64,000 nt of DNA from an uncultured bacterium (GTDB taxonomy: Bacteria > Bacillota_I > Bacilli_A > RFN20 > CAG-826): contig CASERQ010000002.1 of NCBI GenBank assembly GCA_949290395.1, positions 8,505-72,504 of the forward strand, given 5' to 3'. The position numbers and the translations under genes are program-made. The notes below the pieces were generated by a model. That model ran no database searches, was not told where the DNA came from, and saw nothing but the letters and a program-made list of their open reading frames with translations. Numbering within the stretch: position 1 is the stretch's first letter; every line of letters begins with the position of its first letter. Below are positions 1 through 7,876 of this stretch, one piece after another.

Positions 1-1530
1 TGCTCTATGAAGCATAATTGGTCTTTCTTTTTCGCCTTTTGAATTGATATAAGTACAATCAAATCTTTCAGGAAGGTTCATATCGAGTTGGATAGTTCCA
101 CATTGCCAAATTCTTCCCATACAATCTTTAAGTTTGAAGTCAAGCTTTGGTCCATAGAAAGCACCATCACCTGGATTTATCTTAAATTCATGTCCGCTTG
201 CTTCACAAGCATCAGCTAAAATCTTTTCACTTTGTTCCCAGATTGCATCATCGCCAATATAATCTTTTTCAGGTTTTGTAGATAAAACGATTGAATAATC
301 TAAACCAAAAACGGAATAGATTTTATCGTAAAGTCCAAGTAAAGTTTCGATTTCATCTTTTAATTGATCACGGGTGCAGAAGATGTGAGCATCATCTTGA
401 GTGAAGTTTCTAACTCTAAAGAGTCCATTTAATGCGCCACTTGCTTCATGTCTATGAACAATTCCGAGTTCACCAAGTCTAAGTGGGAGATCTTTATAGG
501 AGTGGAGTTCGTTATTATAAACTAAAATTGCTCCAGGACAATTCATTGGTTTAATTGCGTAGTCCTTTTCATCAATTTTGGTTGTATACATATTTTCTTT
601 ATAGTGATCCCAGTGTCCACTTGTTAGCCAAAGTTCCTTAGAAAGGATGATTGGCGTTTTAATGAGTTTATAACCATAATCATCGTGGATTTGATACCAC
701 CAATTTTCAATTTGTCTTCTTAACATAAGTCCATTTGGTAAGAAGAATGGGAAGCCAGGTCCATATTCAGACATCATGAATAAACCAAGTTCTTTACCAA
801 TTTTTCTATGATCTCTCTTTTTAGCTTCTTCTTTTAAAGCTTCACGGTGTTCAAGTTCTTCTTTAGTAAAACAAGCAACACCATAAACTCTAGTAAGTTG
901 TTTATTATCAGAATTTCCTCTCCAGTAAGCGCCAGCAATACTGTCTAATTTAAAGAATTTAATAAAACCAGTGGAAGGAACGTGAGGTCCACGGCATAAG
1001 TCCATGTATTTTCCTTGTTTATAAACACTGATTTCTTCATCGTCATTAAGCTCAGAGATTAATTCTTCTTTATATTCATCATTTTTAAATAAGTCTAAAG
1101 CTTTTTCTTTTGATACGTTTTCTCTAATGATGTATTCGTTTTTCTTAGAAAATTCTTTCATTTTGCTTTCAATTTTAGCTAAATCTTCTTCTTTTAAAAC
1201 GTATCCATTTAAATCAACATCGTAGTAGAAGCCATCTTCAATTGCAGGACCAACACCAAATTTAGCACCTTCAAAAAGACTTGAAATAGCTTCAGCCATA
1301 AGATGAGCAGCAGAGTGATTTAAAATATGAAAAGCTTCTGGAGAATCTTTTGTAATCAATTCAAATTTTCCATCTCCAGAAATTGGACGATATAAATCAT
1401 ATAATTCATCGTTTAATTTGTAAGCGATTGAATTTTTTGCAAGGGATTCAGCAATGCTTAAAGCAACGTCATGTCCATTTTTTGATTCTTCAACATTAAT
1501 TTCTTTACCATCTTTTAAAATTAATTTCAT
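1..1530 (-). CDS. thrS: threonyl-tRNA synthetase, N-terminal ~510 aa (3' end lies beyond the window start)
   Basis: Own translation of the minus strand from ATG (complement of 1528-1530): MKLILKDGKEINVEES... It contains HILNHSAAHLMA and class II core NGLFRVRNFTQDDAHI. The frame is open to position 1. SD AAGGAG lies upstream, preceded by a Thr T-box leader. Confidence 0.9.
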   Translation of the reverse strand, partial: MKLILKDGKEINVEESKNGHDVALSIAESLAKNSIAYKLNDELYDLYRPISGDGKFELITKDSPEAFHILNHSAAHLMAEAISSLFEGAKFGVGPAIEDGFYYDVDLNGYVLKEEDLAKIESKMKEFSKKNEYIIRENVSKEKALDLFKNDEYKEELISELNDDEEISVYKQGKYMDLCRGPHVPSTGFIKFFKLDSIAGAYWRGNSDNKQLTRVYGVACFTKEELEHREALKEEAKKRDHRKIGKELGLFMMSEYGPGFPFFLPNGLMLRRQIENWWYQIHDDYGYKLIKTPIILSKELWLTSGHWDHYKENMYTTKIDEKDYAIKPMNCPGAILVYNNELHSYKDLPLRLGELGIVHRHEASGALNGLFRVRNFTQDDAHIFCTRDQLKDEIETLLGLYDKIYSVFGLDYSIVLSTKPEKDYIGDDAIWEQSEKILADACEASGHEFKINPGDGAFYGPKLDFKLKDCMGRIWQCGTIQLDMNLPERFDCTYINSKGEKERPIMLHRA

Positions 1531-1550
1531 AAGTTTATTCTCCTTAAATA

Positions 1551-1780
1551 AAAAGTCCTTAGATTTTTTAAATCTAAGGACGTAATTTACGCGGTACCAC
1601 CTTAATTATGAAAGTAGTTTAACTTTCATCACTCAATTTTAACTTTATCGTAAGTCTAAACGTTAAGTTTCCTTAATTGCTCAAAAGTAGTTTTGTTATT
1701 TATCTTTTAGAAGCTTGCACCAAATTGCTTCATTCTCTTAAAAAGAGGGAAATAACAACATGTCTTTATCAACGCAAGAA
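1551..1780 (-). promoter_or_regulatory. T-box leader (tRNA-Thr sensing) with intrinsic terminator
   Basis: Reverse complement of 1590-1607 is AATTAAGGTGGTACCGCG, the conserved T-box sequence. Terminator hairpin GTCCTTAGAT/ATCTAAGGAC (1555-1581) is followed by a U-run on the minus strand. Stem I has AGAGA and GGTGCAAG distal motifs. Helix TTGTTATTT/AAATAACAA is followed by ACUACU (1686-1691), giving Thr codon candidates in the specifier position. Confidence 0.8.
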
Positions 1781-1781
1781 A

Positions 1782-1810
1782 ATAATAAATCTTTAGTTAG
1801 TTTTTGTAAA
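1782..1810 (-). promoter_or_regulatory. candidate sigma-A promoter of the thrS leader
   Basis: Minus strand reads TTTACA (1805-1810), a 17-nt spacer, then TATTAT (1782-1787). It sits immediately after the pyk stop codon. Confidence 0.45.
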
Positions 1811-3274
1811 CTATAATAAATCTCTTTCTTGAGGAATTGTAACAATTCTCATGAAGTTTGTGCGTCCGCTTCCAGTTGGAGTGCCTCCAGAAATAAGGAT
1901 TTGATCGCCTGGCTTACACCCAAATCTTTTTGCGTGAACAATTGCAACAACTTCCATGTCTTCAATAAATTCTGGCATTCTCTTTGTCTTAAGTAAAACA
2001 GAGTTAACGCCCCAATAAATTGAATTTTGTCTAACTGTTGTAAGTTTGTTAGAAATTGAAAGAATTGGACAGCATGGTCTGGCTTTTGAAATTCTTCTTG
2101 AAGATCTTCCTGAATCTGTATAAGAAACGATTAATTTTGCGCCAATTAATTTAGCAGTATTACAAATTGCGTTTGCGATAGCATCGTTATTATCTTTATT
2201 AGATGTTTCATATGCTTCGCGAGCAAATTTTTCATAATCTAATGTTTTTTCCATTGTGTGAGCAATCTTAGTTTGCATTCTAACACTTTCAACTGGATAA
2301 TCACCGCTTGCTGATTCACCACTTAGCATGACGCAATCTGTTGATTCGGTGATAGCAGTAGCAACATCGCTAACTTCAGCTCTTGTTGGAATTGGGGATT
2401 TCATCATAGAATCGAGCATTTGAGTAGCAGTGATGACTGGTTTACCTTTGATTCTACACATATCGATGAGCTTCTTTTGGACAATTGGGACTTCCTCTTC
2501 AGGGATTTCAAGTCCTAAGTCACCTCTTGCAACCATAATTCCATCGCTTTCGTTAACGATTTCTTCTAAGCAACCCATTGCTTGATAGTTTTCAATTTTA
2601 GCAATGATTTTAATTTCTGGATGACCATGAGCAATTAAAATATCTCTGATATCTTGGACATCTTTTGCGTTACGAACAAAAGAAGCACTGATAAAATCAA
2701 CTCCATTTTCGCAGCCCCAAATTAAGTCTTGTTCATCCTTTTCGGAAATGAATTTTAAAGAATTTAATTTAACACCTGTGCAATTAACACCTTTTTTAGA
2801 TCCAATTGCGTGGTTATTTAAAGCTTCTGTAATAATTTCTTTATTTGCTTCGTCTTTTCCGGTAACAAGAAGGTCTAATTTACCATCATCAATTTTAATG
2901 TGGGCACCAACTTCAACATCGTCATAAAGTTTATCGAAAGTAACTGAAATTTTTTCAGGAGTTCCAAGAACTTTTTTCATTGAAATTCTTAAAGTTTGAC
3001 CTTTAGTGATGGCGATTTTTCCATCTTTCATATCGTGACATCTAATTTCTGGTCCTTTAGTGTCAAGCATTGTTGCAATGTAGATACCTTCTTTTTCAAG
3101 TTCTCTAGCGAGTTTAAGTTTAGCAAGTTGTTCATTGTAATCACCATGAGAGAAGTTCATTCTCATGATGTTCATACCGTTTTTAATAAGTTCTCTTAAA
3201 ACTGGCATTTTGTCACTTGCTGGACCAATAGTACAAACAATTTTAGTCTTTTTAATTAAATTAACATTTTCCAT
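1811..3274 (-). CDS. pyk: pyruvate kinase
   Basis: 487 aa with KTKIVCTIGPAS, MNFSHGD, IKIIAKIENYQAM and GIMVARGDLGLEIP, all typical of pyruvate kinase. Confidence 0.95.
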   Translation of the reverse strand: MENVNLIKKTKIVCTIGPASDKMPVLRELIKNGMNIMRMNFSHGDYNEQLAKLKLARELEKEGIYIATMLDTKGPEIRCHDMKDGKIAITKGQTLRISMKKVLGTPEKISVTFDKLYDDVEVGAHIKIDDGKLDLLVTGKDEANKEIITEALNNHAIGSKKGVNCTGVKLNSLKFISEKDEQDLIWGCENGVDFISASFVRNAKDVQDIRDILIAHGHPEIKIIAKIENYQAMGCLEEIVNESDGIMVARGDLGLEIPEEEVPIVQKKLIDMCRIKGKPVITATQMLDSMMKSPIPTRAEVSDVATAITESTDCVMLSGESASGDYPVESVRMQTKIAHTMEKTLDYEKFAREAYETSNKDNNDAIANAICNTAKLIGAKLIVSYTDSGRSSRRISKARPCCPILSISNKLTTVRQNSIYWGVNSVLLKTKRMPEFIEDMEVVAIVHAKRFGCKPGDQILISGGTPTGSGRTNFMRIVTIPQERDLL

Positions 3275-3284
3275 ATTTATTTCC

Positions 3285-4244
3285 TTACTTAATTAAATCA
3301 AATGTACGATATAAATCTTCGTGTTTATTTCTTTCAAGGTCGAAGGATTCGATGATGTCGTAATAGTGAAGTTTATTATCAACCAAGCCAACACAAACGC
3401 CACCAATTCCTCTATCAAGAAGTTCGACAGCATAAGCGCCCATTCTAATAGCGTTAACTCTTTCCATTGCAGAAGGAGTGCCGCCTCTTTGAATGTAGCC
3501 TAAAACATCAGCTCTTGTATCCCAACCTGTTTCTTTAGCGATTGTTTTAACAAGTTCATTAATATCAAGTTGTTTTTCAGCAACAAGAACAATGACGTGG
3601 TCTTGTTTAGCTGCTTTTTTCTCTTTTAAAGTTTTGATTAAATCTTTTTCATCAAGAGGTCTATCACAAGTGATTATATAATCAGCATTACAAGCAATAC
3701 CAGCATATAAAGTTAAATCTGGGCAATGATTTCCCATAACTTCAATTACACAGCATCTATTATGTGAAGCCATAGTTTCACTAATTTTATCGATTGCATC
3801 ACAAATGTTATTTAAAGAAGTATCAAAACCGATTGTAAAATCGCTACTTGCGATATCATTATCAATAGTTCCTGGTAAACCAACGCAATTGATTCCCATT
3901 TCGGTAAGACGTTTAGCACCCATATAGCTACCATCTCCACCAATAACAATTAAAGCTTCAATTCCTTCTTTTTTAAGGTTTTCAACAGCAAGTTGTCTTA
4001 CTTTTTCTTCTTTAAATTCAGGTAAACGAGCTGTTTTTATAAGCGTTCCGCCATGAGCCATTTTGTCTTCAGCAAAATGTTCATCAACTTTTGTAAAATT
4101 ATTTTCAATTAAACCTTTATAACCGTCATAAACAACATACATTTCTTTTCCAAGTTTATACCCGGTTCTAATTGCACCAACAAGAGCTGCGTTCATGCCA
4201 GGAGCATCGCCGCCGCTTGTAAGAATACCAATTTTCTTTATCAT
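3285..4244 (-). CDS. pfkA: ATP-dependent 6-phosphofructokinase
   Basis: 319 aa with GILTSGGDAPGMNAA, IGGDGS, PGTIDND and LGYIQRGG. SD AGGAGG lies upstream. It ends 10 nt upstream of pyk. Confidence 0.95.
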   Translation of the reverse strand: MIKKIGILTSGGDAPGMNAALVGAIRTGYKLGKEMYVVYDGYKGLIENNFTKVDEHFAEDKMAHGGTLIKTARLPEFKEEKVRQLAVENLKKEGIEALIVIGGDGSYMGAKRLTEMGINCVGLPGTIDNDIASSDFTIGFDTSLNNICDAIDKISETMASHNRCCVIEVMGNHCPDLTLYAGIACNADYIITCDRPLDEKDLIKTLKEKKAAKQDHVIVLVAEKQLDINELVKTIAKETGWDTRADVLGYIQRGGTPSAMERVNAIRMGAYAVELLDRGIGGVCVGLVDNKLHYYDIIESFDLERNKHEDLYRTFDLIK

Positions 4245-4371
4245 TAGGTAACCTCCTAAATACTAGGAATATTATAAGTAAAACAAGCGTAATTTTCTAT
4301 ATTTAAACTAATATTAGTTAGGTAAATTATTAAGATTTTTTAAAATGGTTAAAACGAAGAGCTGATTTTAA

Positions 4372-4379
4372 TGTATAAT
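4372..4379 (+). promoter_or_regulatory. extended -10 box (TGTATAAT) 7 nt upstream of the dnaB-like ATG
   Basis: TG at 4372-4373 and TATAAT at 4374-4379. ATG is at 4387 with no Shine-Dalgarno between them. Confidence 0.4.
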
Positions 4380-4386
4380 TGTTTTC

Positions 4387-5607
4387 ATGATAGATGTCAC
4401 AAAGGAAATTAAGTTAGTAAAAAGAGGTCTTTTATCTTTTGAATCGATAAATTATCTTTTTGATTTATATTTACCAATTATTGGTAGTGAAGCTAGTTTT
4501 TTATATCTTTTTTTAGCAAATAAAGTAAAAGAAGAAGAGATAAACGTAACAATTTCTGAACTTGTTAAAGAATCTTCTTTATCTTTACAAACTTTTTTAC
4601 TTGCTAAAAAGTCTTTAGAAAGTATCGGCTTAATTTCTTTTTATGAGAAAAAAAGAGAAGAAAGTTATCTTCTTTTAGTAAACGATCTTTATACCCCAAA
4701 AAATTTCTTTGATAACTTAATTTATAAGGGACTTCTTGTAAATAATCTAGGTGAAGAAAAAGCCCATGAACTTATAAAAAAATATTCTTTAAATATTGAT
4801 TTATCTAGTTATGAAGATATTTCTTCAAAGATTGATGAAAGTTTTACAATCGACTTTAATATGTCTTCTCTTGATTTAGACTCTGGAGTAAGTCTTGAAG
4901 GAAGAAGTAAAAACGAAATCAGAGATAATTTTAGTGATGTTAAACTTTTTAATTATTTAAACAAAAATACTCAAATTAGAGCGGCTTCACTTACTGATCA
5001 AGAAATTGATACCATTCATAAAATTGCAACTTTATATGGACTAAATGAAAATAGAATTGGCGCTCTTGTTTCAGAAGCTTTTATTCCTGAAGCAAAAGTT
5101 GGAAGTAAAGTGGATTTTATAAAATTAAAAAGAGACGCCAAGGCTTATGTTAGAAGTTTTAAAGTTTCTAAAAATAAAACTGAGAAAAAGACCTTCATTA
5201 ATTCTGAGAGCGACATAGCGAATCTTATTAGATACTATGAAAGTATCTCTCCTCGCGACTTCTTGATGGGTAAACAAAACGGGGTTGAAGTGAGTGATGC
5301 TGATAAGAATTTACTTGAAGAATTATCACTTAATCTTGGTTTATCAAACGGCATAATTAATGCCCTTTTGGATTATGTTTTAAAGGTAAAAGATGGCGAA
5401 TTATCACGTAACTATATTTTAAAAATTGCCACTACTTTGATTAGAAAAGGCTGCAAAAATACACTCGATTGTTTAAATATGTTAAATAAAAATGCAAAAA
5501 CATCTAGTAAAGTTAGCGTTAAAAAAGAAGAAATAAAGGTAGAAAAAGAAGAAGTAAAAGAGGAAGAGCCAACTTACGATTTTACTGAAGAAGAAGCCTT
5601 CATTTAG
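4387..5607 (+). CDS. replication initiation/membrane attachment protein (Firmicute DnaB/DnaD family, not the helicase)
   Basis: 406 aa. The C-terminal region (ISPRDFL...LLEELSLNLGLSNGIINALLDYVL...) resembles the DnaB_2/DnaD repeat. It sits directly upstream of dnaI, as in Bacillus. Confidence 0.65.
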   Translation: MIDVTKEIKLVKRGLLSFESINYLFDLYLPIIGSEASFLYLFLANKVKEEEINVTISELVKESSLSLQTFLLAKKSLESIGLISFYEKKREESYLLLVNDLYTPKNFFDNLIYKGLLVNNLGEEKAHELIKKYSLNIDLSSYEDISSKIDESFTIDFNMSSLDLDSGVSLEGRSKNEIRDNFSDVKLFNYLNKNTQIRAASLTDQEIDTIHKIATLYGLNENRIGALVSEAFIPEAKVGSKVDFIKLKRDAKAYVRSFKVSKNKTEKKTFINSESDIANLIRYYESISPRDFLMGKQNGVEVSDADKNLLEELSLNLGLSNGIINALLDYVLKVKDGELSRNYILKIATTLIRKGCKNTLDCLNMLNKNAKTSSKVSVKKEEIKVEKEEVKEEEPTYDFTEEEAFI

Positions 5608-5615
5608 GAGTCAAT

Positions 5616-6494
5616 ATGGAAAAGATAAAAATGAATCTTAAAATATCTGATGAAAATTTAAAGAGTTATTCAAACGAGCTTTTTAATAAAATTCAAAATG
5701 ACTCTTATTATCCTGAACTTATTAAAGAAGGTCGGACTGATTTAGAGATCAAAAACAACGTTACAAAGTTTAACGAATATATTGAAGATTTTCATTTCGT
5801 TGAAAAAATTCATACTTATGAAGACTGTTTAAAATATAATCGAAACTCGAGAATGACTCTTGTAAGACGTGGAAAAATTATCGAAAGAGATTATGTTCCT
5901 TTAAAGCCTTATTTAGAGCAAATTTCTTATTTAAAAAGATTTGTTTGTGCTGATTTTAATGATCTACCTACAAACGCTAATATTAAACTCGTTACAAAAG
6001 AGCCAAAAATGGCTGTTTGGGATCATGTTAAAGATAATAAATGGGTATTTTTAAAAGGCGGCACTAGAACAGGAAAAAGTTATATTGCTTTATCTTTACT
6101 TAATTATTTTTATGAAAAAGATTCTTCATTCACTTTCGGATTTTTAAATACGATTGTTCGTTTTAAAGAACTAAATGATATTTATTATAAAGACAGAGCA
6201 GATTTTAACGAACTTATTAATACTTATTCTGAAGTTGATTATTTAGTTTTGGATGGATTTGGAGATGAATATAAAAACGAAATGATTCGTGATACGATTT
6301 TATATCCAATAATTCTTAATCGATATGCGAAAAGAAAGACTACAATTTTTACAAGTCGCTTTTCTCTTTCGGAATTAACTGAGCTTTATTCTTTTAAAAA
6401 GTATTCAAAAGATATTATTGCTGAACGTCTTTTTGAAATGATTAAAGAGATGTGTGATAAAGAAATTGATTGTGGAAATTTACCAATCTATTAA
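5616..6494 (+). CDS. dnaI: primosomal helicase-loader protein DnaI
   Basis: 292 aa. AAA+ Walker A GGTRTGKSY and Walker B-like LVLDGFGDE. Position downstream of the dnaB-like gene. Confidence 0.7.
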   Translation: MEKIKMNLKISDENLKSYSNELFNKIQNDSYYPELIKEGRTDLEIKNNVTKFNEYIEDFHFVEKIHTYEDCLKYNRNSRMTLVRRGKIIERDYVPLKPYLEQISYLKRFVCADFNDLPTNANIKLVTKEPKMAVWDHVKDNKWVFLKGGTRTGKSYIALSLLNYFYEKDSSFTFGFLNTIVRFKELNDIYYKDRADFNELINTYSEVDYLVLDGFGDEYKNEMIRDTILYPIILNRYAKRKTTIFTSRFSLSELTELYSFKKYSKDIIAERLFEMIKEMCDKEIDCGNLPIY

Positions 6495-7873
6495 TCTTTT
6501 ATAGCTTCGTCAATTTGTTTATATAAATCATTAAATTCGCCTGTGCATTTAATGATTTTTATTTTGTCTGACTTAACAAAATTATAATCTTGATTTAAAG
6601 CTTTAGAAGATTTTACGTTATCGTTTCTAAGTTTGAGATTACGCTCTTGAAGTTCTTCGCTTATTTCAAGAACTAAGATTTTCTTAAACATATATTCTAG
6701 ATGTGCTTTAAATAAAGTAGGTGCTTCTATGGCAACTTTTTCATTTTTACCAAGGATTTGTAGGATTTTTTTCTCTAAAATTGGATAAATATAATCTTCA
6801 ACAGCCTTTTTAATATCCTTATTTTTAATCATGATTTCTCTAGCTTTTGCTGTTAAAGCAGGATTATCAATATCAAATGGAGACTTTAAAATACGACTTA
6901 CTTTATTTTTATGAACTGGTTCTTTATATAATTCATGAACTAACTCATCGCAATTTATGGTTAAATAACCTTTAGTTTTTAAGTAATTAAGAGCAGTGGT
7001 TTTTCCACTTCCAATAGGACCTGTTATCCCGATAGCTTTTTCTAAAGAGTGATTAATTTGACAATTTGGGCAGAAAGTTGTGCCTCGCCCACCGAGAAAT
7101 TCTTTATGGAAACGGGTTCCGCAATTTGGGCAGGTCTCCCCATTTCTTCCATACGCTAATAACTCTTCTTGGAATCTTCCATCAACCCCTTCGCTTGGAT
7201 GGAAAGAGTGGATAGTTGATCCACCAAGTTTAATTGCTTTTTCTAAAGTAATGACGCTATATTTTGCGATGTTTTTAATATCATCTTCACTAAGTTCGTT
7301 GCCTTTAGTAAATGGATTAATTTTACATTGATAAAGAATCTCATCAGCATAGATGTTTCCAATTCCGCATAAAATCGATTGATCTAAAAGAAGTTCTTTA
7401 ATTGGTTTTTTCTTATTGAACTTTTTGTAAAGAATAGGCAAATCTTTTTCTTCAATCTTATTAGCTTCAATTCCAAGTTTTTCTATCATAGGAACTTTTT
7501 TATAGTTAGCTTCATCACTAAGATACATTAGTCCGAATTTTCTAGTATCATCAAAGGATAAATAAGAACCATCTTTTAAGAAAAATAATGCAGAAGTGGC
7601 TTTAATTCGTGGATTTTCCTCTTTTGTATAGCGATATTTTCCTTCCATTCTGAGATGGGAAATAATGACAAGATCGTTAGTTAAATGAAGAAATAAAAAT
7701 TTACCAAAACGTGTAACGTCGGTAAAAGTTTGATTAATTATTTTTTCTTTAAATTCGTTTAAGTCGGATTGAATAAGTCGATCGTAATAAATTTCAACTT
7801 TATCAATAGTCTTTCCAACAATTAAAGGCTTTAATATATTTTTTACAGTTTCAACTTCTGGTAATTCTGGCAT
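6491..7873 (-). CDS. mutM-coaE: fusion protein: formamidopyrimidine-DNA glycosylase (aa 1-272) + dephospho-CoA kinase (aa ~279-460)
   Basis: N-terminus MPELPEVETV. Zinc finger CPNCGTRFHKEFLGGRGTTFCPNCQ. After a 6-aa linker comes IGITGPIGSGKTT (CoaE P-loop). It is a single uninterrupted 460-aa ORF. Confidence 0.85.
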   Translation of the reverse strand: MPELPEVETVKNILKPLIVGKTIDKVEIYYDRLIQSDLNEFKEKIINQTFTDVTRFGKFLFLHLTNDLVIISHLRMEGKYRYTKEENPRIKATSALFFLKDGSYLSFDDTRKFGLMYLSDEANYKKVPMIEKLGIEANKIEEKDLPILYKKFNKKKPIKELLLDQSILCGIGNIYADEILYQCKINPFTKGNELSEDDIKNIAKYSVITLEKAIKLGGSTIHSFHPSEGVDGRFQEELLAYGRNGETCPNCGTRFHKEFLGGRGTTFCPNCQINHSLEKAIGITGPIGSGKTTALNYLKTKGYLTINCDELVHELYKEPVHKNKVSRILKSPFDIDNPALTAKAREIMIKNKDIKKAVEDYIYPILEKKILQILGKNEKVAIEAPTLFKAHLEYMFKKILVLEISEELQERNLKLRNDNVKSSKALNQDYNFVKSDKIKIIKCTGEFNDLYKQIDEAIKD

Positions 7874-7876
7874 AGT

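Noticed and set aside
2996-3503. Short + strand ORFs (2996-3199 and 3321-3503) antisense to pyk and pfkA. The same goes for 7080-7331, 9398-9592, 11425-11637, 16027-16329, 18053-18316, 25939-26151, 27646-27915, 28972-29295, 38818-39036, 40130-40345, 45012-45221, 46545-46901, 49592-49780, 52860-53057, 55348-55596, 56148-56444, 58992-59237 and 60229-60480
   Set aside because: All lie entirely inside strongly supported genes on the other strand or in another frame. They have low-complexity composition and no SD, as expected for chance ORFs in AT-rich DNA.
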